A stretch of DNA of 64,000 nt from Hormiphora californensis (Eukaryota > Animalia > Ctenophora): contig CM035361.1 in NCBI GenBank assembly GCA_020137815.1, forward strand, positions 3,038,001 to 3,102,000, written 5' to 3'. The notes beneath the pieces were generated by a model. The model saw only the letters and a program-made list of their open reading frames with translations, ran no database searches and was not told where the DNA came from. This document shows positions 52,001-64,000 of the stretch, piece by piece. The position numbers were made by a program, and so were the translations under genes. The number at the start of each line of letters is the position of its first letter. Within the stretch, counting starts at the first letter, position 1.

Positions 52001-54720
52001 TTTAGGTCACGTGACTGGTTATCAGCCAATCAGGGACCAGTGTTTCCTGATTCGGTCGGTTCCTGATTACAATCAAAGATCTCTTTGAAATAAAGTATTA
52101 AATACGATATCTTCCAAAAAAAAGTTTTAGGTTGAATTTAAAAGATACAAACTTTAAATTTGATTAAAATTGGGTATCTTTTTGACGATTCTAGCTCTCC
52201 ATTATACCTCGGGCAAGTTGCCAAACACCCAGTACAACTAGACATCCCAGAGCGAGGAGTTTTAGGACACAGAACAAGTTGGCCATTCTCACTCCCCACT
52301 TGGTACTCAGCGTCATAACGATGATTATTACAACTGCAGGAGAAGTTAGTTGGTTGGTTGGTTGGTGATACTAACTAAGCCGGCGTCCTACCAAGTAAGT
52401 TAAGTTCTTTGAGCGGTGTGACGCGGTGAAGTAGGAGAAGTAAATAGTAATAACCAAAATGTGACACCCACCTATGGCGGCAGCAGCAGTACACTTCTTG
52501 GCAATAACAAAGTCCGGGTGAGCGGGCGACATGAACATGTTACAAAGGTAGCTTGAGAAGGTCAGACTGATTACAGCACACCCCATAGAATTCCGGATAA
52601 CTCCGCAAACCCAGAAGAAAAGGAACGCTGGTAGGTCACCATACCTGCGGATATTAGAATTAGATCTATAAGTAGGCTATTAAAATTTTACCTGCGCTAA
52701 AAGCTTCGCAAATTCTGTATTCAACAGGCGAAAAGGCAATTTTCACTTCAAGTGAATCACATGTATTAGCGCAGCGATTCTCCTGGTGAATCCAGGATTC
52801 TCCGCGCGAATTTCTGATGGTTTTGAGATATAGGAGTACGTGATAGTGTTAGGCCCACCAGTGGGAAAAACATGTTATCCAAGCCTATAATTACCCACCT
52901 TATCTAATGTACATTGTGACGTCATACTACTCTGGTTGAGTCTCGAATGATATTATTGTATAGGCACGCCCCCCTGTGCATTTGCGGGTGAAATTTGGCT
53001 TGCAAATTATTATCATTACTTCCAGACTCATGATGCTATATAAAACTCATAATCTCATGTACATTTACAAAACCCTGTGAACTTACGCAGCCTTGATGTA
53101 TTGCAGTTCACCGCCGCTCCGTTTTATCAGTGTCCCTAGTTCTGAGAAACTCAGGGCTCCTGCGGGGAATATATGAGCTGTGATATGGGTGGCAGCTTTA
53201 TAGCCGGAAGACCAGCATCTTTAAATAAACTTTTGAATGAATTGACTCCATAATCCATATTATAACATGCACGCACAAGATAATATGTACTTTTCTGTGG
53301 AAGTCGGAAGACGTTCACAATTCATGTACGGCAAATCATTGATATACCGTAATCCGTATATATATATACTATACAATATAGTTAGTATAGCTTAGGTAGG
53401 TATCTGAACGGTTCATGCACGGTATGTCGGTATATCAAGGATTGGCTAATGTTACAGTTGGTCGTGATTCTGTTAGACATACCACATAGAGAGATGAACC
53501 CACTGAGAACCCAAATCACCAGAGCCATCCCCGGGGAGAGAACTTGTTTGACGACTTCGTTGGGCGAAACAAAGATACCTGCGGGGGATGCAGATGCACT
53601 CTTTATTTACTGTGTGGGCAAAATGCGTTTTGTAGGCATGAATGCTCAGGATACTTTCTAGCCGGAAGGAGAAAAATACCATTGACTATAAAAAATAATG
53701 CTCAAAACGATCGCGCGATCAACCGATCCTTATTCTTGGTTTGTTTCGATTCCCTCCATAATGCGATTCGTACCTGAACCAATGGTCTGTCCTACCGCAA
53801 AGAGAACCGTAGAAGTGAGGGTGAAGTGGGCCTCCAGTTCCGTGGGAGCATCTGAAAGATGGGATATTAAGGGTCATTTGTAGCAATATGTTGGTCACAA
53901 AAGTAAGAGGAATTCTAACCCTAACAATTCAATTATTATCCCGGTTGATAGGACAAGAGTTTGACAGGTTTTCCCAACATGGATACACCCAACTATCACG
54001 CACTGACAGTGCCGGGAGATGGATCTGTGTACCTTTATCATCAATCTCCATGATTGCATCATCATTACAAGAGTTGATATCATCGCAGTTGTTGATACTG
54101 TTACAGTTGTCGTCTCCCAACAATAAGGCGTCCCCTGGGAGAGAGGACAGATGGCTACTATTTTTATATCGTAAAGACTACTACTCTTCGTTTTGTTTGC
54201 AAACAACGTTTGGTTTGGTTTGGTTTGAGCGGCCCAAACCAAACCAAACTAAACAAAACGAAGAGCCATGTTGCCCCGTATCTGAAATGAAAGGGCTTGA
54301 GATTTAGACATAAATCTTACGTTGAAACACTGAGTTTCCTGTTGTTAAAACCTTTGTATTCCACAAAACATAGCCACGACATTTAACAACAGACTGCAAT
54401 TAATAAATAAGCTTTCCTGTTAGAAAGAGAAAACAGAAGACACCAAACTCCCAAATATTGGAGTCACTCTTGTGTGAAGGCACAGGTAAAGGTGTGTACG
54501 TGCCCCGGAAGCCTCCCCATGAACAAAACACCTTTTGTGGTGGCTATAGAGTTTTCAATAAAACGGAAATCAACAAACAATTAACAAACACTTTCCACCT
54601 CCAAAAGGGACCAAAGAACAACATTCATGGAGTACTAGCTAGTAAGTTCCTATTATATTGTACAGTCGCGGACCGATCGATTAGGTTCAACCTACCCTTG
54701 AAGAATTGGAATAAGTTCAT
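49038..54720 (-). CDS. SLC7/LAT-type (APC superfamily) amino-acid transporter light-chain-like protein
   Basis: About 16 minus-strand exons, e.g. 54696-54720, 54033-54134, 53774-53850, 53482-53578, 53087-53159, ~52480-52644, 52208-52333, 51838-51937, 51434-51510, 51050-51143, 50825-50953, 50551-50647, 49724-49834, 49281-49337, 49038-49084. Motifs: VGQTIGSGIFVSP, GALSFSELGTLIKRSGGELQYI, AYGDLPAFLFFW, ALWSYSGWNCINMMSGEIKDAGKNVPRAL, GVPMYY. Start exon and one exon near 50300-50370 are uncertain. Confidence 0.9.
49370..49602. repeat. 24-bp minisatellite (GTTTGGTAACCATGGTAACCAAGCT-like)
   Basis: About 9 units. Confidence 0.9.
49616..49715. mobile_element. hAT-like MITE copy
   Basis: Same family; TSD taactcac/caactcac overlaps an SLC7 splice donor. 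Confidence 0.85.
51957..52065. mobile_element. 109-bp hAT-like MITE copy (inverted)
   Basis: Perfect 8-bp TSD attacaat. Confidence 0.9.
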
Positions 54721-55429
54721 CTCCGTCTCCCCTCCTCCATCGATCTATCTGGAAAAACTGCTCTGCCCATGGCTCACCCCGCTGCTGCTGCTGCAGGGAC
54801 GAATAGATCGTTGATCAGTTTAGAAATTTATCATTAGAATTTCAAATGTTACTGAAAGCTAAACTTGAAACTGAAGGTTCTTAACAGTATTCAGCTTTAT
54901 TGTTATAATCTACACATATATTGTGTAGACTACTAGATAGTGGGACACCCTGTGTATGATATCACGAAACAATTTAATAAAGCGGCGTGAAACAATAATA
55001 AAGCCACTTATTCTCCTTCGAGCAGCTGGTATGATGTCAGCCTGTGTTAAGGATCTGACGGTTTACCATAAACCTCAAATCTTGGATTTGCCGCTGCTAG
55101 AAGGGTAAAAATCGCTCGTGAGTGAAATATCTCCTGGGGGTCGAGTTGCCTAAGGTACCCCAAAGAGTTGCCTATCCTGAGTTACCTAAGGCGCCCCAGG
55201 GGGGTAACTATGTGAGTTTGTGAGACGTGAGTTGAAAAGCCGCTTGAAAAGATTGTAAGAGCAGCTTATGGCAGCCATGGTACAGCCGTATCGGTACAGT
55301 CTGTTCTAACAATCCTTACACGGGTTGCAGTTAAGACAAACACAGGGGAGAGAGAAGTACAACTTAAACTATCAGTGAGCACCTTGTTGGAAGCACAAAA
55401 TATGCATTCAGGATGCATAATGTTGACGT

Positions 55430-55499
<70 letters not shown>

Positions 55500-56647
55500 C
55501 CTCCTAAGGTCAACTAGGAAAACCTGAATCGTACGATAGTACGACAATGAGGGGTAAAGCAGGGGAGGCAATAAGGCCAAGTAATGACTGTGAGAGATAA
55601 GAGGGTATTAGGAAATGACGCAGGCACTACGTAATTGTACTTTGGTTGCAGCTGGGCAAAAAAGTACATCCTATCTCCATATGGCGTGTATATTTCAAAC
55701 AAGCAGGTTAATTCTGCCGTTCGTATAATTCGGAAGCGTCGATGGTTTGATATTCTCTCCCTCTTGGGGGGACAAGACTGTGCAAGAAAAGCAAATCAAG
55801 TTGTTAGTGAACCCCTTATCTAAAACAAATTAGGGTCCCTTAAATATTCGAGATTTTAGGCCAATATATACTTGTGTGAAGCTAGATTAAAATGCTATCT
55901 TGTCATATACATTTATGTTCAAGTTAGAGAATTATAACCCCCTATAATTTAGAGGTTTCTAGGCGAAGCTTTGCCTAGAAACGTCTATAGAGGAATTGTA
56001 GAGAATGTTAAAAGTTATCTTAGAGACCTATATCTAGGCTAATTTAAATCATATTGTGGTACTGGTACATCTGCAGTGCAGTAAGCTCACAGTCGACAGA
56101 TATCAACCTGAATAACAGAATTCTTATCTCCCCTGCAGTGTTATTTTTATACCTGTGCAATATAGAAGTCACCTGCTGCAGCACCACATACAAGGTTAAG
56201 GGGAAGTTCTATCTCTCTCTCTGCCAGGTACAACACGGGTTCTATCTCAGGTAAAATACACACACGGGACCTGTAGGGGCAGGTTGGTAATAGAATTAGA
56301 GCACCTTATACTAGATAACAAGGATGTTTTGTGAAAGAATGAAAGATGTTTGTTTGTTTGTTTGTAAAGACGTCTTAGGAACCTGGAAAGAATGAAAGAT
56401 GTTGTTTCTATACAGTATTTCCCTACATAAAATAGGTCGATCGACCGTCGAATTCTGATAGCGATTAGCGAGGATTGAGGAATAAAGTCAGAAATATAAA
56501 CCTGAAAAAATCAGAAACTAAAATTTCAAACTTTACCTGGAGATGAAATGGGGTGTGTTCCGGTCGAGATGTTTATATCAACAATATAAAGGAAAACTGA
56601 GATAATCCACATTTCCATTGACGCTCCTCCCTTTTCTCTCACTCTCT

Positions 56648-56732
<85 letters not shown>

Positions 56733-57223
56733 AACTCGATAGTAAACGAATCAAAATCAATTGACACGTTTTATATATCGCCAACAATACAATTACATCG
56801 TGTTGATTGGTTTAAACAGCACCTGGATAACAATTGTTATATATTTTAACTGATTCAGTTGCATTGTGTTATAATATTGTGTGGCGTGACTAACATGTTA
56901 TACGACGAAAAAAAACAGGATTAGAAAGAGAAGAGTTGGAAATAATAAAAGGAGAATAAAGGAACTGTGCCAGAAGACTCCCCCCAAAATTCGAATGGTG
57001 TTTCTTTTTTGTTAACTATGATATCTATGTTATTGCAATATTTTGAACAGCAAGTAACATCACAAAAAGCAAGGACATATCACAGCTAGCAGCTAAATAA
57101 AAACATCACGAAGTTCATTAGATAACGTGTGGTACCATTAAATAGGGGCAACTATGAAATGTTTTCAGAAAGATAGACCATATTTCATGCAAAGATGAAA
57201 GATTCATTAAACCATAAATGAGA

Positions 57224-58559
57224 CTATTCTATGTAGAAAAAATGTAAGAAATCCCTAAAATACAACTCACCTATTTTATCCTCAGACCTCCCTATCTCGT
57301 ATCTATAACGATCTGTTATGGTATCTTGACCCCCTGAAACCCGTTGAAATTTGAACCCCAGCAGTTCGGTTGTCAAGTAACATGTCCCGGCCGTATTTGA
57401 TGAAAATTCCCACGTTACCTCTAGAACACCGTTAAACCAAATTTTCAGGGTCGTGGAATCTGAAGTATAGTGTTAAGCTGCAGTGTTACTAAAAATTCGC
57501 ATAGCATCTATCTCGGAGCTGCAACATGCCTCATGCATCATGGTCATGCATCATAGCAAACCTTTAAGGAAAGTAATAACACCAGCACTAGTCAGAAATC
57601 CCTCGGAACCAGATAAAGTGAAAGAGTTGCAGTATTTGCAGCCGATGACACCGGAAGTAAAGGTAAAGAAATGAGTTCCAAGACCCTCAGCACGTATCTG
57701 CCACCTGGCAGATTGTTAATATGTTAAGAAATTGGTATCCAAGACACCTCACACTCTGTTTAGGCCTTCGTTTGGTGCGCTTCGCGCGCCGGCAAGGGAG
57801 GGGTAACTTCGTTACCAAGTTAAGAAACTGTTCTTAATTGAATATTAGTACTGAGCTGCAAAATCATTATTTTAAGAAACTTTTGATAAATCGTAATTTT
57901 TCGAGAAACATTATTCTCTATTTGAGGATCAGAGGGAGAAGGTTTACAAGGAATGTAAGATAATTTGGATAATCAGATGTCTAACAGTACCTTATTCCGT
58001 CGCCATCAACAGCTTTGTTTGTTTCAATTTGGAACGCTTTATCCTCAACCCAAGCTGTTAGTAGGGTGGTCTGATCAGATGGTTTATCAACCCAGTCACT
58101 GAACTGTATTGTGTCCAAGAAATCTGTCGCGAGAATGGTTATTACAATTGATTATTCTGGAAATAATGGATGTGAAATGATTACCATAATTACCACCACC
58201 CCCAACCAATAATGGAGATCTATAAGACTCTTATCGACCAATAGTTGATAGAAGTTTATGGACAACTGAGACAATTATTTTATTCCAGGAAATAAACTTT
58301 TCAACACTACTTTAAACAAATTAATTTGAGCAGCCTGATGATGTCGATGTTCGACGAAACCGTCGTGTGATTTATTTCCTGGAATAAAATAATTGTCTCA
58401 GTTGTCCATAAACTTCTATCAACTATTGAAGATGAGACTCATATCAAGCGTGGCAACACATGAACTTTATAACTCTTATCGACCTTCAATTAAAAACCCA
58501 CCATCGCAGACTGCTAATCCAAGGATGTAGAATAATAAGGTGATCATCATCAATCTCAT
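57224..58559 (-). CDS. Small secreted protein (~175-190 aa) of unknown function, not in the ORF track
   Basis: Phase-consistent GT-AG exons: 58502-58559 (signal peptide MRLMMITLLFYILGLAVCD), 57991-58123, 57562-57704, 57271-57459 (…FLKDSTTLKIWFNGVLEVTWEF…GFKFQR…DRYRYEIG). Stop at ~57224-57231. Confidence 0.75.
57732..57818. mobile_element. ~87-bp element TTGGTA…TACCAA with 9-bp TSD; related end at ~47669-47735
   Basis: TSD gttaagaaa; right end AGGGGTAACTTCGTTACCAA resembles 47716-47735 and 17075-17095. Confidence 0.6.
58240..58471 (+). mobile_element. Penelope-like retroelement remnant (inverted pseudo-LTR fragment) with minimal hammerhead core
   Basis: 13-bp TSD actcttatcgacc (58227-58239, 58472-58484); perfect 57-bp inverted repeat 58240-58296/58371-58427; CTGATGA-T-GTCGA-TGT-TCGAC-GAAAC-CGTC at 58335-58364. 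Confidence 0.68.
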
Positions 58560-60691
58560 CTAGCTGACTGAACTGATATCTCACATAACTAGAAGGTCAG
58601 TGATGTACAAGAAAAGGGGAAGATGAGGGGCCGAGGGATCTGCAGGATAGCAAAATTGCTCTCGTATAATACCAGCTAGTTTATTTAGTTATTGCTTTAC
58701 CTTCGAATAAAATTAGGACACAGAAAAATGGTTCGGATTGGGATCAAAAACCGAGATCAGAAGAAAATTAGATAAGCAAACGACCATGGATTTACAATTG
58801 CAGGGTAGTGGAAGAGAGATCAGGGTAAACTAATGTTTCAAGATCTCCATGGTTACAGCAGTGCAGAATATTAATTCAATTGAAACTTATAGGAAGAGGA
58901 GTTATTGAGTATATGTATTGACAATAAGTGTGAGAGGAATAGTTGAATTTGTCATAAAATGCTGTCACAAAATGCTGCAGGGGTGCTCAATGGACCCGTC
59001 CACCCGAATTTAGAACAAGCACTGTCCGGGCCCCTATTACAAATTATGTTAACAATCCCCCCACTCTCCCTGGTGTAAATTTATTCCGCCACCACTGTCT
59101 GTGCACCTCTATGCGGTTCTCTTACAGTAATTAGCATGCCAGATTTCCGACACATCATTGGTAGAAAGAAAGCTATTATTTATAGGATCGTTTCATTGTG
59201 CACCAGCTGCATAATTACAGATTCATAGTGTCACCACTGGTGACACTATGAATCTGTAATTATGCAGATGTCGGAAAATTGCAGTCCGATTTGTGGAGCA
59301 GGGGATTAATCCTCTGCAGCCACTGATTACCGTGACAAAAATACAAAACAGCAACTGAAATTTAAAACAACCATTTCGTGTGAAGGGAGGATGAACAAAG
59401 TTTAGGACAAGATGAGGAACAAAAGAGCAGTTTAATAATAACAGGGGCTCAGTCCTAGACGGGTGAGCTGGCCTTTTCACACTCTTTTACAAATGTGAAG
59501 GAGGGTTAGAACATAACAAGAGCTGGCCACTCTAGCTAGACTAATCACCCAGTAAGTATAGTCCATTTCCAAACCTTAATTTGGTCAACGCCGCGCTGAC
59601 AATAGCTGAGTAATTATGTTACTGTAAACACAAAACAAACAAACAGAACTAAAGTCTAAACACGCTTTGTCTTGATCTACCGAACCCTCAAAGAGCCACA
59701 CATGCTTTGTCCAGGTGGACAAACGACTGACCACTTATACAGTTCGATGCCAAGTTCGAACTTCGCATATTAAGAGAGAAGATAGGTAGAGGAAGAGAGA
59801 GGGAAACATAGAAAGAGCCTTCCTTAAATTGATACCCACGCGGCCAATGATATCAGCTAAAACACCACGTGGATATATCAACACATGCGCATCGTTAAAA
59901 CTTTAGCTTATCCGGATTCAAATATATTGGTACACGTTGAGTCGCTTGACACTGTGTCCGTGCTCCGGTATGAACAATTCAAGGTACACAACTTACTAAT
60001 TTAGTAATATGTACTAATTATCTGTATTATATCAGCACAGAACAATATCTTGTATCAAATAACTACAACTAGACAGGATGTGTTTTATGTTATCTTACAC
60101 CTCGCGGCAGCAGCTCCAGCAGCAACTTGACCGCAGTGGTAGAGTCGTGACGGTATAGCACATGATGTGCGTGTTCATATTGCGTAATGTTGTTTTTACT
60201 ATAAAGTAAATACACCAAATAGGCCAGTCATATGATGTTTAATATAGATCAAAATTCGCCATAAGATACACAACCAAGATATCATAATTGTAAATAACTC
60301 AGCATTGAATGTGTTTTTGAAGGTCCTATAGAGTTTAGACTGCATAGGGCAAATTGGATAATCGCTGTCTGGCGCCGCCGACCCCATCTGAGCGCACTGT
60401 CGCCATGCATACAGGATAATCGTATGAATACGATGACGTTTCCTTTTCTGCCATCTGGATCTGCGGAGTTGGTGACATAGACACCTGGCGCGACCAAAAT
60501 TGAGCGGGGGTCGCACCAGGTGTCTATATGTGACCAATCTCCGGAGTAGGGCATTATTTGGTGATGCATTGACACTGTGCTAGCGGGCTTTATGATATTA
60601 ACTCCTCCTTTCAAAAGCAGGTGCAATGTGTCAAAATAATATCTGATAGCTCCAGATTCCAGGCACTCAGCTGGTTGACACATGTTCCCAG

Positions 60692-60800
60692 CAGGAACCG
60701 ACCGAATCAGGAAATACTGGTCACTGATTGGCTGATAACTAGTCACGTGACCTAAATAACGAGTTCTGATTGGTTGTTTACTTGTTTCGGTCGGTTCCTG
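60692..60800. mobile_element. 109-bp hAT-like MITE copy
   Basis: Near-identical to the other copies. Confidence 0.88.
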
Positions 60801-61679
60801 CTTTCGGCACGGTGTCAGCTCACGGGAGCCCAAAGGGCGACTCATCGCGCGAACGACAGACTGTTATAGTCGCCCCGTATTGAAAAAGGGATTTGAGGGG
60901 AAAAATGCAATCAGGTTACTATTATTCCTTTTTGTTTTCCATTTTCGGAACAAAGTAAAAATCCCCTATGCAGGGAACGGGAAATTTCCCCCAAAATGCT
61001 TGGTCTTTCTCTTCCTTTTCACCTTTTTCCCCACCCTTTTTCCTCAACCAAAAAAACGGGTTTTTCCCCGTTCCCTTCCCCTAGTGCCTTTTTGTTTCCC
61101 TTGAAAAAGGGGGGGGGTTCCCCTTTTTCCCTTTCCGCTTCCTCCCTTCCTGGAACCCCTTTTCCCCCACGCGCGGGTCCCTCCCCATTTTTCTTCCCCC
61201 TTCACTCTCGCCCCAAAAACCTTTCTGGTTTTCTTGGGCCTTCTCTAAATGGCTATGGACTCGTTTGGTCCGCCTTTTTCGTTTTCCTTCTCTGCTTTTT
61301 CCCTTTTCCTGGTAACCCCCTTTTCAAATTTTAAGGGGGGGCCTTGTTAGGCGTTTTGGGGGGGGGCGGGGGGTTTTGCCTTTTTTCCGTTTTGCCTGTT
61401 TTTTAAAAGGTGTGTTTGGGGGGAAAACGGGTGAAAAAATTGTTTGAGGATTTAAAAAAAATGGGGCTTTTTTCTTCGGGTTCTGTTTTCTTTTTTCCCG
61501 CGGCCCATTCTTTTTCCCCCAAACCGGGGCTCGTCTTTCTCTCTTTTCTTCTTCTTTCCTCTTCTTTTTTTTCCGCTTCTCTTCCCGCTCTTTCTCCTTC
61601 TCTCCCCTCTTTTCTCTTCTTCCTTTCCCCCTTCCCTTTTCCCCCCCCCGGGGGGGGGGGGGGGGTTTTTTTTTTTTTT

Positions 61680-61712
<33 letters not shown>

Positions 61713-63675
61713 GGTTTCCTTTCCCCCCCCCCCCCCCCAAACCCCAAATTTTACCCCCCGAAAAATTGAATTTTAACGGAAGGGAAGCTCGAGGTATTTT
61801 CGGTGATACATCAAGGCCGTGGTAGACAAGAACTAAATACACGCCTATTGTTTGGGGGGAAAAAGGAGCGCAGTTGAAATCTCAGATCTAGCCCATACCA
61901 ACTTTTTAAAGGGAGGTCTGTTATAATTGGATTTTGTCTATCCTCTAATCCAACCGTAAATTTCAAAGGGCGTGTCATTTATAATTGGATATTTGTCAGC
62001 CCCAATCTGATCTAGACCAGTCTCCCCATAAAAGAGGTTGCTATCTTAGCTAGATCTAAACCCCCTTCTAAACAGTGTCGTAAAGATTTTCCCTTTTTAA
62101 AAATAGACTAATTCTTGGACCCTGTCTAAACAAAGCAGCTGATGTAAAGGGTCATCTGCTCTTGCTCTTTCTCACTACATGTTAAAACAGATCAGAGATG
62201 GGAGAGAGAGAGAGAGAGAGAGAGGAAGTTTTAAAGTACACTTTGTAGTTTGTACGTGCACGTCATGACGTTTTATGACGTTATGTCTAGTGATCAAGTA
62301 AAAAAAATTTATTCAGGACATGAGCGGGTAGCTACACTTACTGTCCCTGGTGTAACTCTAAAGGGGGGATTTCTAGTTTTTTTGGGGTTTCTTTTAAAAT
62401 ATAAACCCTACAAAGATTTGTGCTATTTATTGCAAACCATCACCCGGGTCTGCAGGGTTGTACAGACCGGGATCCGACCAAAACAATAACAACCAATCAG
62501 AACTGTATTTAGGTCACGTGACGGTTTTCAGGGACCAGTATTTCCTGATTGGGTGGGTTTCCTGTACAGAGATATATGAAGGATGGCGGATAAAAGCTGA
62601 ACTGTTTTTTCCAACTTTGCTATGGAAACTGCAGAAAACCTATTTAAACTTTGGGGAACTTTTATTTGTGTTAAAACCGTTATGACACCCTTTCACAGCC
62701 TCCCCCAAGTCCCTTTAAAACATATTTTACAGAAAGGGCCCGAGAAATAGGGGGCGGTGTTTTTTATACACCCCCTTTTCCTGTATTGGCTATGATCGGA
62801 GAAAAACTATCACGTCCCTGTGCGATAGGCTGGTTCTCTCCCCGTCCTTTCTTTTATAAAAATTTTCTTCTTTCCTCTATAAACTTTCTCTCCCTCTTCC
62901 CCTTTCTTCTCCTCTCTCTCTCTCTCTTCCCTCTCTCTCTTTTCCCCCCTTTTCTTTTTTTTTTTTTTCTTTTTCTTTTCTTAATACTCGGCATAACTCC
63001 CACTTACTTATACTCTCCCATTTATAATTAGAGATTGGTTGTTCATGCTTGGTAACCATAGCAACCTTCCAAACATAAATTTATATTCCATCACCCTCCA
63101 TCTCTATTCCACGCTAAAATAATATACTTTTTATACCACTTCCAAAATGTACTGAAAAGAAGACAGAATTATTGCAGTCAATGATCAGTAATCTACTTCA
63201 ATAAATCCGTCTATTCATCTTACATTATATACGCACACAGATGTGTATTATAGTGTAGGTAGTACTGGTACAGATTATTGTGCATTACACTGCACTGCAA
63301 CTTCATATTGCACAACTTCATTACACCGTGACGTGTTGTAATAGGGGGGGGGGGCATGACGTGATATAGAGGGGGGGGGGGGGGCATGATACCAATACCT
63401 AATATTGAACACATGTACACTATAATTCCATTATTATACCCAACCCTATATCCAATCCTTTATTAGAATATTAGGTTTACTGCACAGTGCACACTGCAGC
63501 TGTAAGCACGTAAAATCTATAACTCGACACATGATATTCACAATCACATTTTATGTGCTCTGAAGTTTGTGACAAATTTCCAGAAATAAAGACTCATCAG
63601 TTAAATAGAGGAAGTATGAAAAATCTACAGATATACAGAGAGGTAACAAAGCTGCAACAAAAATCATCTGATATA

Positions 63676-63797
63676 CAGTTGGACCCCGACTTACCACTTA
63701 CCAGGCCCCGATTTACTGGACCCCAATTTACCGAAAGGATAAACATCCACCACTTAACGCTGTCCCCCGAGCATCCCAGTAAATCTGGGTCCGACTG
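63676..63797. mobile_element. Tigger-like MITE, diverged
   Basis: TA|CAGTTGGACCCCG … GGGTCCGACTG|TA. Confidence 0.78.
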
Positions 63798-64000
63798 TAT
63801 AATATACATATCTATACAGTAGTCTACAGGTTCTAAATAACAATAAGATCAACAAAAATATCTGTCAAAACTGTCTATCATAGCTGAGAAACATACTTTG
63901 ATCTATGCCAGTTTTGGTTTTTTATCCAGGCGATTTAAGGCAGTACTATATATTCGACCGCTGGTACTAAACTGAGACGGTGATATGTAGTACAGCTGCC

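Noticed and set aside
55266-56620. Possible extra minus-strand gene (MEMWIISVFLY… at 56537-56618)
   Set aside because: Could not build a stop-free exon chain; may be UTR exons of neighbouring genes.
60282-60845. Longest ORF in the track (187 aa)
   Set aside because: Runs through the hAT MITE ([15 protein letters not shown]…) and two other short repeats; not a gene.
60880-61780. Several 74-119 aa ORFs in a low-complexity block (also 62700-62980)
   Set aside because: Same homopolymer-degraded character; likely assembly artefact.

Overview
Eukaryotic, intron-rich, repeat-dense animal DNA. The repeat families and one secreted-protein domain resemble what I recall from ctenophore (Pleurobrachia-like) assemblies; that assignment is an inference, not a search result. 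Almost none of the supplied ORFs are real genes, and the genes had to be rebuilt by hand from GT-AG exons. Five spliced genes are supported: (1) the 3' part of a tandem F-type (fucolectin) lectin gene (+, <41-5742); (2) a 20-exon SID-1/SIDT-family membrane protein (-, 6360-18358); (3) a 4-EF-hand calmodulin-like gene (+, core 41913-48226); (4) an SLC7/LAT-type amino-acid transporter (-, 49038-54720); (5) a small secreted orphan-type protein (-, ~57224-58559). There is also a tRNA-Gly(TCC) gene. The remainder is non-autonomous mobile DNA with recognisable ends and target-site duplications (TSDs): hAT-, Tigger/pogo-, Merlin/MULE-, Kolobok- and CACTA-like elements, tandem Helitrons, an internally deleted RNase H-bearing LINE, and a Penelope-like remnant with a minimal hammerhead core. 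Micro- and minisatellites and some probable assembly-artefact low-complexity blocks are also present. The most promising new observation is a set of four ATG-initiated, phase-1 candidate first exons at 23.4-37.7 kb that all splice in frame onto the calmodulin-like core, suggesting a variable-N-terminus/constant-EF-hand locus. Exon boundaries were read by eye and may be off by a few bases.
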